Assembly (NCBI GenBank): GCA_030390025.1
Contig: CM059432.1
Location: 25,794,001 to 25,858,000 of the forward strand
Source of the DNA: Squalus acanthias
Lineage: Eukaryota
Length of the DNA: 64,000 nt
Direction: 5' to 3'
How positions within the stretch are numbered: position 1 is the first letter of the stretch; every line of letters begins with the position of its first letter. Both the position numbers and the translations under genes were made by a program. A model generated the notes under the pieces. It was given only the letters and a program-made list of their open reading frames with translations. It searched no databases and had not been told where the DNA came from. Positions 47,359-59,824 of this stretch are shown one piece after another.

Positions 47359-47863
47359 CTACTTAGATAATAGATTTAGGTAAGGCTGACTTAAGTGGGA
47401 TGAGACACAGACTGTCCACAGTAAACTGGGCAAGTCGATTAATGGATAAATCGACAGATTATCCGTGGGAGGTGTTCAAAAAAGAATTTAACGTGATACA
47501 GAACCAGTTTATACTCCCAAGGGGCAAGAGCTCTACTTGCCAAAAGAAAACAGGTATGGATGACAAAAGAGGTAAGGGACAACATAAAAATAAAAGAAAA
47601 AGCATACAAAAATGCAAACAATAGCATAGATCCTAGAGACTGGGAGAAATACAAAAAATGACAAAAGGTAACAAAGCAGATAGTAAGAGCTACAAAAAGG
47701 GAATGTGAAAAGAAACTTGCAAGGGATATCAAAATCAACTCAAACATTTTTTACAATTATATTAGGAAAAAGAGGATAGTCAGGAGCAATGTGGACCCCT
47801 TGAAAACTGATAAAGGCACTATTGTAAATGAAAATCAGGAAATGGCGGATACGCTGAATATTA

Positions 47864-49320
47864 GGGGAACGGTAGTGTAGTGGTAATGTCACTGGGCTAG
47901 TAATCCAGTCAGCCAGGACTAATGATTCAGAGACATGAGTTCAAATCCCACCACGGTAGTTGGGGAATTTAAATTCAGTTAATTAAATAAATCTGGAATA
48001 ATTACTAGTATCAGTAATGGTAACCATGAAACTATCGTAAAAACCCATCAGGTTCACTAATGTCCTTTTGAGAAGGAAATCTGCCATCCTTACCTGGTCT
48101 GGCCAATATGTGACTCCAGCCCCACAGCAATGTGGTTCACTCTTAACTGACCTTTGAATTGGCCTAGCAAGCCTCTCAGTTGTAATAAGCCGCTACGAAA
48201 AACAATAAAAAGAATAGAAACCGGACAGACCACCCTGCATTGACTTCGGCCACGGCAACAGCACACCCAGCCCAGTCGACCCTGAAAAGTCCTCCTCACC
48301 AACATCTGGGGACTTGTCCCAAAATTGGGAGAGCTGTCGCACAGACTAGTCAAGCAACAGCCTGACATAGTCATAATCACAGAATCATACCTTTCAGACA
48401 ATGTCCCAAACTCCTCCATTACCACCGGCAGGACAGACCCACCAGGGGTGGCGATACAGCCGGGAACGAGTGGCCCTGGGAGTCCTCAACATTGGCTTCA
48501 GGTCAAGCATGGGCAAGGAAACCTCCTGCTGATTACCACCTACCGCCCTCCCTCAGCTGATGAATCAGTACTCCTCCATGTTGAACACCACTTGGAAGAA
48601 GCACTGAGAGTAGCAAGGGCACAGAATGTACTCTGGGTGGGGGACTTCAATGTCCATCACCAAGAGTGGCTCGGTAGCACCACTACTGGCCGAGTGCTGA
48701 AGGACATAACTGCCAGTCTGGGCCTGCGACAGGTGGTGAGAGAACCAACACGAGGGTAAAACCTACTTGACCTTGTCCTCACCAATCTACCTGTCGCAGA
48801 TGCATCTGTCCATGACAGTATTGGTAGCAGTGACCACCGCACAGTCATTGTGGAGACGAAGTCCCGTCTTCAGACTGAGGACACCCTCTATCGTTTTGTG
48901 TGGCACTACCACCGTGCTAAATGGGATAGATTCAGAACAGATCTAGCAGCTCAAAAATGGGCATCCATGAGGCGCTGTGGGCCATCAGCAGCAGTAGAAT
49001 TGTATTCCACCACAATCTGTAACCTCATGGCCCGGCATATCCCTCACTCTACCATTACCATCAAGCCAGGGGACCAACCCTGGTTCAATAAGGAGTGCAG
49101 AAGAGCATGCCAGGAGCAGCACCAGGCATACCTAAAAATGAGGTGCCAACCTGGGGAAGCTGCAACACAGGACTACATGCATGCTAAAAAGCAGAAGCAG
49201 CATGCTATAGACAGGGCTAAGCGATCCCACAATCAACGGATCAGATCAAAGCTCTGCCATCCTGCCACGTCCAGTTGTGAATGGTGGTGGACCATTAAAC
49301 AACTATCGGGAGGAGGAGGC
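47864..49320 (+). mobile_element. LINE family B 5' part with a tRNA-like head followed directly by the endonuclease region
   Basis: A-box-like TAGTGTAGTGG (47873-47883) and B-box GTTCAAATC (47939-47947). About 350 bp later comes TNIWGLVPKLGELSHRL...IITESYL, VGDFN, SSDH. Colinear with 54710-55980. Confidence 0.9.
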
Positions 49321-49480
49321 GGAAGAACCAGCGGCGACATGAGGAAATATTTTTTTACACAGTGAGTTGTTGTGATCTGGAATGCACTGCCTGAATGGGT
49401 GGTGGAAGCAAATTCAATAATAACTTTCAAATGGGAATTGGATCAATACTTGAAGGGAAAAAAATTACAGGGCTATGGCA
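49321..49480 (+). mobile_element. CR1 3' fragment
   Basis: MRKYFFTQ*VVVIWNALP motif. Confidence 0.75.
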
Positions 49481-49914
49481 ATATTACATAGTGATGGAGA
49501 AGAAACTGAGCATACATTTCATTTATAAAGATTACCAGCTGCCACAATGTCCTGTATTGATCCTCTGTGCACCAGGTTTATAGTAAAGGAATATAAAGTT
49601 GTTTTGCAAGATGACCTATTAAGATGTTTTCATATACTTGCATGCTTACCTTGCCAATCTTACACATTCTTCCTCATCTACTCCTAGATTTAGGTCACAG
49701 GGTGAAACTGTGTTTATGTGCTCTGTCATGCCTGTCCATTGTGCTTTGATGGTGATCTTTATTGTTGGGTGTCCCACTCTTCCAAATAGTGTCATCCTTC
49801 ACTGAAGGGCCTCTTGCGGCAGGACCTCCAAAACCTTTTGGCTACATGGGTTTGTTGGCCAAACGTATTTCATAAATCTGAAGTACAGATTCAACAGCAA
49901 CTAACAACCCTTAA

Positions 49915-50055
49915 AGAACATAAGAAGTAAGAGCAGCAGTAGGCCCTACGGCTCCTCGAGCCTGCTCTGCCATTCAATAAGATCATGGCTGATCTTTGAC
50001 CTCAACTCCACTTTCCTGCCCGATCTCCATATCCCTTGATTTCCCTGGAGTCCAA
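49915..50055 (-). mobile_element. CR1 3' tail fragment
   Basis: AAGAACATAAGAAG...GAGCCTGCTCTGCCATTCAATAAGATCATGGCTGATCT is the same as 25741-25830. Confidence 0.85.
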
Positions 50056-51135
50056 TTAAAGAGACGTTGGTGCCAGAAATACCCTCCCCCGTGACATTAG
50101 CATACTACCAGAGTATTCTGCGCTATGTGCTGGGAGTGCTTCAAAAAATATTTAAATAAACTGACCTTGCACACACAGCTATATGAGGCAGAGGCACGCG
50201 ATTAGGCCCACAGGGGGCTCTAATTTCTAAGCAGTTATAACAGCATTTCCTCCAAATCACTGAACAACGAGACAAGAATTGGTTAATTAAAAAAAGCCTC
50301 TATGGCCAAGAGACTTTCACTTCCTCTCCCTCGTAACTTTATTCCAGGTCATATACTATTCCAGCAACTATTTGGGTTCCAGGATAGATGACATAATTTC
50401 TTACTGAAATGTATCTGAGAACTGTATTGCTAACATCTCAGGAAACAAAAGCATATTCAGCTTTTATATATTTAGTTATCAGCAAGAATGGTCCACGGCA
50501 TTTATAGTCAAAGGCGATCAAAACCTATGTCATTACAAAGTTCTAGGAAAGGGTGAAAATAGGACATCTGGATTCTGAGAAATGGGACGGGGAAACATGG
50601 GTGGGTTAATTTGTCTTTTCTCATTCTACTTTTTCTGTTCCAATCAGAAGAATTCCTATTTGAAGCTCATCCAATGGCTTAATATGTAAATGCTGCACTC
50701 AGTGTGGTACTGAGCTAACAAATTGGGAGGGTCCCAGGTTCAATCTCAGGAGCTTGTGATCTCAAACTAGGAAAATCATCCAGGGTTCTCACCCCTAATT
50801 ACAACCCACTGACATCAGCTGAAAGGTGTGTATAGGCAGACATGAGATGAAGACAGAATCTGTGATGGCAATATAGACTGTCTAGGCTCACATGTGAAGA
50901 ATGGTTGGGTTACCTTCGGGCAGCCGCCAGCTGTGGAATTAAACATCACCATAAGATCAAAGAGGAGGAACAAAATTATATGAAGGAAAAAGAATAAGAA
51001 ACTTCAAATTTTGAAGCTAAGACAATTTGACTAAATTCAATCCAGGGATCTAATTCCATTCAGAATTTTTCTTCAGAATGGGGGCTGGCCTCACCCCTTG
51101 TCCTGTGAGTACCCCTTCAGTAACTCTACAACGAT

Positions 51136-51314
51136 GGTCGTGATTTTCCACAGAGTTTGTCTCGATCTCCCGTCATTAATTTGGTAGAGGATGAGTGGAA
51201 TCCCTAGACAAATGGCATAATGGCTGAAAATGATTGTTTCGGCCTTTTCTCTGGGGATTCTACCGATATTCCACTGAAATCACAGCAGGAGAACCCCCGT
51301 GAAAATTCAGGGCC
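51136..51314. mobile_element. Short decayed GGCC-terminal MITE
   Basis: Right end GAAAATTCAGGGCC as in family 3, degenerate left end GGTCGTGATTTTC, flanks GAT/AAT. Confidence 0.45.
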
Positions 51315-51474
51315 AATGTTATTTGATGGTCCAGCATGCAAGCAGTGTAAGCTATTATTATTTACTATCGGCAAGTTGTTAATTGGTTAAAATATGATAA
51401 CACTGACTTTGAACTTTTTTTTCCTTTCTCTTGTTCCTAATTTAGAAGATTGCAATCTCCTCCAATAACGTGAT

Positions 51475-51660
51475 TGAAAAATTGCTATTGTTAATTGTAA
51501 TTAATGCAACCAAGACTCTCGAGATTTCCAATTGAGAAGTAATGAAATGTCTTTAGAGAATCTCGGAAAGAGAATATTGTTATCTAAATCCTACTGAATG
51601 CTGATAACTGCACAGTAAATATGTTCAGATAAGTATTTAGAGTTTAATTATAGTTCCTAA
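51475..51660 (+). repeat. ~200-bp AT-rich dispersed element, copy 2
   Basis: Paralogue of 28368-28560. Confidence 0.8.
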
Positions 51661-51882
51661 AAATGGTAAGGGTTACTAAATGTAATTAATATTTTAATCA
51701 GTAGCATTGCTTCAGCCAGTGATTTACAGAATCTTCTTGTATAGATATAAATAGAGAATAATGGGTAGATGGGAACACTTAAATGTAAAAAATTCAGTGA
51801 GGCGTGAATGCCAAGATTAGATCATTTTGAAACAGTCCTTTCAACACAAATTTATATTTATTTATATATAAATTTGTATCAG

Positions 51883-52343
51883 CCGTGACTCAGTGGGTAG
51901 CACCCTCGCCTCTGAGTCAGAAGGTTGTGGGTTCAAGTCCCACTCCAGAGACTTGAGCACAAAAATCTAGGCTGACACTCCAGTGCAGTGCTGAGGGAGC
52001 GCTACACTGTCGGATGTGCCGTCTTTCAGATGAGACGTTAAACCGAGGCCCCGTCTGCTCTCTCAGGTGGACGTAAAAGATCCCATGGCACTATTTCGAA
52101 GAAGAGCAGGTGAGTTATCCCCGGTGTCCTGGCCAATATTTATCCCTCAATCAACATCACTAAAACAGATTATCTGGTCATCATCACATTGCTGTTTGTG
52201 GGAGCTTGCTGAGCACAAATTGGCTGCCACGTTTCCAACATTACAACAGTGACTACACTTCAAAAGTACTTAATTTGGCTGTAAAACACTTTGGGACGTC
52301 CAGTGGTCGTGAAAGGGGCTATATAAATGCAAATCCGTCTTTC
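51883..52343 (+). mobile_element. Full-length tRNA-derived SINE with Deu-like central domain (SacSINE1/AmnSINE1-related)
   Basis: A box TGACTCAGTGG (51886-51896) and B box GTTCAAGTCC (51931-51940). The centre reads GCCGTCTTTCAGATGAGACGTTAAACCGAGG...GGACGTAAAAGATCCCATGGCACT and the tail GCTATATAAATGCAA. There is a possible TSD TATCAG (51877-51882, 52344-52349). The family name is from recall, not a search. Confidence 0.85.
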
Positions 52344-52399
52344 TATCAGATATAAAAGTCCGGCATCTAGGACACAGCAGTCACATTTCAGACATCATA

Positions 52400-53150
52400 A
52401 TCTAGAAATTAGGGAGCTCCCATTTTGGATGCTCAGAGGGGTGAAGGGTAAATAGCCTGCGCCAGAATGCTGAAGTTCGAAGCTCCCAAGAAACTTATTT
52501 CATAGACCTGGCGTGGCGCAACGGCCTGCTGGCGAAGACCAGAAGAAGTGCGAAGAAAAATTCTGCCGCGGCTAGCATCGCAATGGCCTTCAGGTAGGTG
52601 GGTCCGGGGGCAGGGGGCCGGGGCCGGGGGCCGGGTCAGGTCGGGGCCAGGGGTCAGATGTACTAGAGTCCACGATTGGCAGTCAGGGGACCTAGAAACT
52701 GCAGTCGCGGGTCCGGGGATCTGCAGTCCATGATTGGCAGTCAAGGCCGGGGGGGGGGGGGGGGGGCGGGAGGATTGGGATTTGGGAGCAGTAGTGATGG
52801 GGGGGAGGTCGGGAGTGGTAGCGATGGGGGATAGGTCAGGAGTGGTGATCCGGTCATCCAATGTGGGGTTGGAAGGAGCACACCTGCTCCTCTGGGCTGC
52901 ACATTCAGAAAAGTGACTTACTTTCTTGGTTGGCAGGCGATCCATAGGGCTGGTTTCTCTGAGTGCAGCCAGTGATAGCGTTGGCTGTCTCAGGGCAAAC
53001 TGATGTTGGAGCGGAGACCTCAAGCAGGCCCCTTATTTGCAGGCATAGGTAAAGTATGCCTCTTATTTGTCCTTCCTGCCTGCCATTTTGGGCCTTAGCA
53101 GGCCACGTAATGTTTGACAATCGGGCACTACATCGCCCAATTTCTCGGCC
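52400..53150. mobile_element. Probable non-autonomous DNA element (GC-rich, one clear TIR-like end)
   Basis: Right end CCCAATTTCTCGGCCC resembles the Harbinger-type termini in the window. The left end matches only partly (CTAGAAATTAGGG). Confidence 0.4.
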
Positions 53151-54709
53151 CATACTTCAAAGAATCATACTTTATTCATGTAAAATAATATTGATTTTTT
53201 TAAAAAGACAGTCTTTGAATTGCAGCCTGAAATTTCTGAACAATTTATTGTCCTCTAATTGACCTCAGGTATCAATCAGCCACCATTACAAGCAGCTACA
53301 ACTACTTGGTTTCCCATTGGGCTTACTTGGCCATAAAAGGATAAGCCACATTAGCAGCTAAACATCAGAGTTGTGATGTTTTCTCAATACCCCAGATTAC
53401 TTATGAGCAAATGCCATGGGAGATGTGCTAGTAGGATGGAACAGGGTAGGAGAAAAGTTTAATAGCCTTCATTTTTCTTTATCACTCTCTCCCAGAATAC
53501 TGCCAGCCCCCAGAACCCCCAGTCACATTTATCTACTCATTCCTTATTTAACCTCTCAGTCTACCAATGCTAGACACCCTCAGTCTCATTTCTCCACTAT
53601 CTCCTCTTTGACCTCCTGATACCTTATTATCCCCCCATCCCACAAAGCACTGTTTGGTGCCAGTCGGCCACTGCCGACATCAGTGAGTGACACAGGAGGA
53701 TAATGGTGTGGGAAGAAGATTAGGATGGAAGACTGGGGGTAAGATCAGACCCTGGTGAGGGGTCAACAGCTTCCAATTGGACACCAGAGATGAGTAGCTA
53801 TGTGAGACCAGAGGAGGACGTTGATTCTTTGCAAGGCTCCTGCTATGCTACCAGAACCCTGAACACATGCTGCCAGGCACTGGGTAGCCTCCTCCTTGTG
53901 CTGTCAGACTCCATTCATGTTGATGATGGTTTGTCCATTGTTGTTGATGATGACAGCCTATAATTCATCTCCAATTTAATACAAGTTGTGGGTTCTCATA
54001 TAAATGCAAAATCCAATTTTCACCAGAAATGTTTTCCGACACACAGGACATGATTGAGCTAAGGGCAAGTCTTTTGTTGATATCCTCTGGGCTCTCTATT
54101 GTTCAGTTTCCTTCAAGCTTTGTCGTGCCATTGTGAATCATCTTTTGCCACTTTTTACTGTCACAAGCATTCCATGGGTCAGTTTAGATACCACATTTAT
54201 TTAGACTGGTCTTCATGCAACCCTTATAGATTCTGAACTGACGACCACGAGAGCATTTACCAAGCTTCAGCTTATATTGAGTATCTTCTTAGATAGAAAG
54301 TTACTGGACAGAAAGTACTCGGAGATAAAGAAACATACCCCATCAAGAGAGCTGACTGCACAACGCTAATGCATCCTGGGAAATTGGGTACACTGCACAT
54401 GCTCAGACTGCAGAATCCAAATTCTGCTCACAGGGCAAAACATATCAGGCAGAATTTTTTGGGGGGTCAGCGGGCACATTTGGTGGCGGGTCAGGTGGGA
54501 AATTTTATTTTTTCACAGCGGCTAGTTTCCCAGATATCGGGTCTGTCATTGCTGAACAGACCCGACACCAAGTGGTGGGGGAGGCAATTTAGATCATTAA
54601 GAGCTTGTTAACAGGCACATAAAAACTACTTTAAGCTCACCTTTACATTTTACAAGTTCGTCCATGGGTTCCCCGCTGCGCGGGGATCATGTCAGGTAAG
54701 CAGGTTGGG

Positions 54710-57700
54710 AGCAATGTGGTTGACTCTTAACTGCCCTCTGAAATGGCCTAGCAAGTCACTCAGTTGTAACTAACCGCTACGAAACACAATAATAAGAATG
54801 AAACAGGACGGACCACCCGGCATCGACCTCGGCACCGGCTGCGGACACGGCAATGGCACACCCAGCCCAGTCAAACCTGCAAAGTCCTCTTCACCAACAT
54901 CTGGGGACTTGTGCCAAAATTGGGAGAGCTGTCCCACAGACTAGTCAAGCAACAGCCTGACATAGTCATACTCACAGAATCATACCTTTCAGCCAATGTC
55001 CCAAACTCCTCCATCACCATCCCTGAGTATGTCCTGTCCCACCGGCAGGACAGACCCACCAGGGGTGGCGGCACAGTGGTATACAGTCAGGAAGGAGTGG
55101 CCCTGGGAGTCCTCAACATTGACTCTGGACCCCATGAAGTCTCATGGCTTCAGGTCAAGCATGGGCAAGGAAACCTCCTGCTGATTACCACCTACCGCCC
55201 TCCCTCAGCTGATGAATCAGTTCTCCTCCATGTTGAACACCACTTGGAAGAAGCACTGAGAGTAGCAAGGGCACAGAATGTACTCTGGGTGGAGGACTTC
55301 AATGTCCATCACCAAAAGTGGCTCGGTAGCACCACTACTGACCGAGCTGGCCGAGTCCTAAAGGTCATAACTGCGAGTCTGGGCCTACGACAGGTGGTGA
55401 GAGAACCAACACAAGGGAAAAACCTACTTGACCTCATCCTCACCAACCTACCTGTCGCAGATGCATCTGTCCGTGACAGTATTGGTAGCAGTGACCACCG
55501 CACAGTCATTGTGGAGACGAAATCCCATCGTCACACTGAGGACACCCTCCATCGTGTTGTGTGGCACTACCACCGTGCTAAATGGAAGAGATTAAGAACA
55601 GATGAAGCAGCTCAAAAATGGCATCCATGAGGCGCTGTGGGCCATCAGCAGCAGCAGAATTGTATTCCACCACAATCTGTAACCTCATGGCCCGGCATAT
55701 CACTCACTCTACCATTAACACCAAGCCAGGGGACCAACCCTGGTTCAATCAGAAGTGTAGAAGAGCATGCCAGGAGCAGCACCAGGTGTAACTAAAAATG
55801 AGGTGCCAACCTGGGAAGCTGCAACACAGGACTACATGCATGCTAAAAAGCGGAAGCAGCACACTATAGACAGGGCTAAGCGATCCCACAATAAACGGAT
55901 CAGATCAAAGCTCTGCAGTCCTGCCACATCCAGTCGCGAATGATGGTGGACCATTAAACAACTAACGGGAGGAGGAGGCTCCAAGAATATCCCCATCCTC
56001 AATGATGGTGGAGACTAGCATGTGAGTGCAAAAGACAAGGCTGAAGCGTTTGCAACCATCTTCAGCCAGAAGTGCCGAGTGGATGATCCATATCGGCCTG
56101 CTCCCGAGGTCCCCACCATCACAGAAGCCAGTCTTCAGCCAATTCAATTCACTCCACGTGATATCAAGAAACGGCTGAGCGCACTGGATACAACAAAGGA
56201 TATGGGCCCCGACAACATCCCGACTATCATGCTGAAGACTTGTGCTCCAGAACTAGCCGCGCCTCTAGCCAAGCTGTTCCAGTACAGCTACTACACTGGC
56301 ATCGATCCGACAATGTGGAAAGCTGCCCAGGTATGTCCTGTCCACAAAAAGCAGGACAAATCCAATCCGGCCAATTACCGCCCCATCAGTCTACTCTCAA
56401 TCATCAGCAAAGTGATGGAAGATGTCGTCGACAGTGCTATCAAGCAGCATTTACTCACCAATAACCTGCTCACTGATGCCCCGTTTGGGTTCCGCCAAGA
56501 CCACTCAGCTCCCGACCTCATTCCAGCCTTTGTCCAAACATGGACAAAGGAGCTGAATTCCAGAGGTGAGGTGAGAGTGACTGCCCTTGACATCAAGGCA
56601 GCATTTTACCGAGTGTGGCATCAAGGAGCCCTAGTAAAACTGGAGTCAATAGGAATCAGGGGGAAAACGCTCCACTGGCTTATGTCATACCTAGCACAAA
56701 AGAAGATGGTTGTGGTGATTGAAGGTCAATCATCACAGCCCCAGGACATTCCTCAGGGCAGTGTCCTAGGCCCAACCATCGTCAGCTGCTTCATCAATGA
56801 CCTTCCCTCCAACATAAGGTCAGAAATGGGGTTTTCGCTGATGACTGCACAGTGTTCAGCGCCATTCACAACTCCTCAGATAATGATGCAGTCCGTACCC
56901 GCATGCAACAAGACCTGGACGACGGTCAGGCTTGGGCTGATAAGTGACAGGTAACATTCACGCCATACAAGTGCCAGGCAATGACTATCTCCAACAAGCG
57001 AGAGTCTAACCACCTCCACTTCAACGGTGTTACCATCACCGAATTCCGCACCATCAACCTCCTGGGGTCACCATTGACCAGAACCTTAACTGAACCAGCC
57101 ACATAAATACTGTGGCAACAAGTGCAGGTTAAAGGCTAGGTATTCTGCAGCGAGTGTCTCACCTCCTGACTCCCCAAAGCCTTTGCAACATCTACAAGGC
57201 ACAAGTAAGGAGTGTGATGGAATACTCTCCACTTGCCTGGATAAGTGCAGCTGCAACAACACTCAAGAAGCTCGACACCATCCAGGACAAAGCAGCCCAT
57301 TTGATTGTCACCCCATCCACCACCTTAAACATTCATTCCCTCCACCACCAGCGTACCGTGGCTGCAGTATGTACCATCTAAAAGATGCACTGCAGCAACT
57401 CGCCAAGGCTTCTTCGGCAGCACCTCCCAAACCCGCGACCTCTTCCATCTAGAAGAACAAGGGCAGCAGGCGCATGGGAACACCACCACCTCCAAGTTCC
57501 CCTTCAAGTCAAACACCATCCTAACTTAGAAGTAAATCGCTGATCCTTCATCGTCGCTGGGTCAAAATCCTGGAACTCCATACCTAACAGCACTGTGGGA
57601 GTACCTTCACCACACGGACTGCAGTGGTTCAAGAAGGCGGCTCACCACCACCTTCTCAAGGGCAACTAAGGATGGGCAATAAATGCTGGCCTTGCCAGCG

Positions 57701-57730
57701 ACGCCCAGATCCCATAAGCGAATAAAAAAA
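54710..57730 (+). mobile_element. Near full-length LINE family B (APE endonuclease + RT, CR1/L2 group), frameshifted
   Basis: ORF pieces 54911-55630 (APE), 56022-56954 ([34 protein letters not shown]) and 57154-57381. The 3' tail ends in GAATAAAAAAA. Confidence 0.95.
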
Positions 57731-59202
57731 TCACCATGGGATCATTTCTTAACTTGACAGCTGCAAATGTGCTATAAAAGCTCCCATTTCACAGCTGTTC
57801 ACTTTCCAAGGTCAGAAGCTGTTGCTTACTGCATTTGGAAGACAGACTGAACTTTATGCCGCTTCAAGTGTATAGAGCAAACTCTGTATCCAGTGTCACC
57901 TCATTGGAACAACGACTCCCACCATTGACAGATCGCTTCTGTCATCTCTACTTCACCTGCCATCTATTCCATCAGCATCGGTGCCCTTGAAACTATCTCT
58001 CCTTGGTCCTCAGAATCCCACCACGATCAGCCCCAACACCAGCAGCACCAGGCACACCAGCAGCACCAACAACAACACCAACCTTCTCCGCAATCAACTG
58101 ATGCTGCACAGGACACAGGGTATCAGCACCCGACCACATTGCTGCCCGGGACGCCAGGGATAGCCTCACCATGGCCAGATTTACTTCACTTGATGCTGTA
58201 CACTCTGGCTGCCACATGATGCACCAGGTTGGCAGCACCCCACACCAGCACCATAAAGCATCCCTACAATGCCTAAGCCATTCCTTTCACACTCAATGCC
58301 ATTGCGGGGGGTACCGTTATATTTCATCATTCACTGTAACTCACGAAGCCACTTCCAAAGGTGCACACAAATCTGTTCAAGAATGCAAAGTGTTGAAAAT
58401 AAAGATTTCAATGTTTGATAGCACATTAACAGAAACTTCACATGAACATTGGCTAAAACACACAAGTGCATACCCTTGTGTGTTTTTAGTTGGCATGATT
58501 GGACTAGGATGAGGGTGAGTGTGTGGGTTGACTAGTGAGATGGGGAAGTAATAATGTAGATAGAGAGGGATGGGTGGAGGTCCAAGGTAAGTTGGTGTGA
58601 GTAAGGATGTGCAGGAGTAGGGTAGGGAAGGCAGAATGATGGGGATGTGATGAGTGGCACAGCAGGATGAGGTTGAGTGTGGCTTGGCAGTAACGTACTG
58701 AGATCATTGAAAGGTTTGCGCCATTGCACCCAGGTCCTCCTAACGACAACCCTGCTTGCGCACTCCTGTGCAATGTGCAACCAGGCTGCGTTGATCTCCT
58801 GGGGAGTTCTCTTCCGCCCATGGGAAGGGAAGAGAACCTCCCTGTGTGCTGTGACTCCCTCCATAAGCATATGGAGGGAGTCATGGGAGAGCCTGGGTGC
58901 AGCCGTGCACCTCTGTGCAGTGCTTGTCAGTGTTTGCAGCAACTCAATGCTGTAGAACACTGACAGCACAACTGTCAAAATCAATTTGCGTATGGTCCCT
59001 TTAAGGAAACCGGCTGATGATGTCATCAAGTGACATCATCAGACCCACATCCTTCAACTGGTTGGGAAATGCGCTGCGCGGGCATAACAAGCCCAATCGG
59101 CGTAAGATCATTTTGGACAGCAGGCTGGAGCCAGCAGTGAGGCCGCAACCCACCACCGACCCCAGCCACACCAGACCCACCGAGGTAGGTGAAATTGTGG
59201 CC
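57731..59202 (-). mobile_element. Remnant of a second Harbinger family with a decayed Myb/SANT exon (~58915-58700)
   Basis: Minus-strand peptide AAPRLSHDSLHMLMEGVTAHREVLFP...AW...RTWVQWRKPFNDL aligns with exon 1 of the 29603 gene. A TIR-like GAAATTGTGGCC lies at 59191-59202. The left boundary is uncertain. Confidence 0.7.
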
Positions 59203-59501
59203 TTCAAGTTGAAGCCCAGGCTTTGGGGAGGCTGAGACCTGCAAGTAAAACCTTAACTGACGGCATTAAAAACAAAAACAAAAACACAAATGTAATCTTG
59301 TTATTGTGAAATATGTAATTTTTTTGAATCTTTTATTTTTTACACCCTTATTTAGCTATTAGAAATTTCAGTTACTGAGAGAAAAAAATGACACTTAAAA
59401 ACTTTTCAGAAAATATATTGGGAGATTTATGGGAACTCAGTGGCCAGATAACACAAATTTAGGGTACTCTATAACAGATAAAATATTACATTTTAAACTT
59501 C

Positions 59502-59650
59502 TTGATTAGATTCCAGGCTGTAATTCACTCCCAGGAATCCATTATTCTATATGTGAAGCATTTGAACCCTTTGATTAGATTGTAGCCTGAAATGCACTTT
59601 CAGGTATCCATTATTCCAAATATAAACTATCCAAACAGTTTTATTAGATT
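59502..59650. repeat. Diverged ~70-bp tandem duplication
   Basis: TTGATTAGATT...CAGG(A/T)ATCCATTATTC occurs twice, followed by a third TTATTAGATT. Confidence 0.6.
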
Positions 59651-59824
59651 ACTGCTTTGTTTTTCTCCTGATTATCTATAATAGCAGGAGGACATAGACA
59701 GAGTGGTGAAATAGGCAGATACATTTAACGCAGAGAAGTGTGAAGTGATGCACTTTGGAAGGAAGAATGAGGAGAAGTAATATAAACTAAATGGTGCAAT
59801 TTTTAAGGGGGTACTGGAACACAA

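Larger units (their letters stand above)
44860..47862 (+). mobile_element. Decayed CR1 LINE (end of ORF1 esterase, ORF2 endonuclease; pieces 44860-45865 and 47360-47862)
   Basis: LYRWDRFHL resembles the DGxHL motif of SGNH esterase ORF1. Endonuclease motifs VAITET, GYKVYRKDR...RGGIA, VLMGDFN and SNSDHNMI follow. The sequence resumes after the nested insertion. Confidence 0.85.

Noticed and set aside
50665..50930. Possible decayed SINE (GGTTCAATCTC B-box-like)
   Set aside because: Too degenerate, with no second copy in the window to confirm boundaries.
51883..51950. tRNA genes here and at 47864-47955
   Set aside because: The A/B boxes continue into SINE or LINE bodies, and I could not fold a full cloverleaf.
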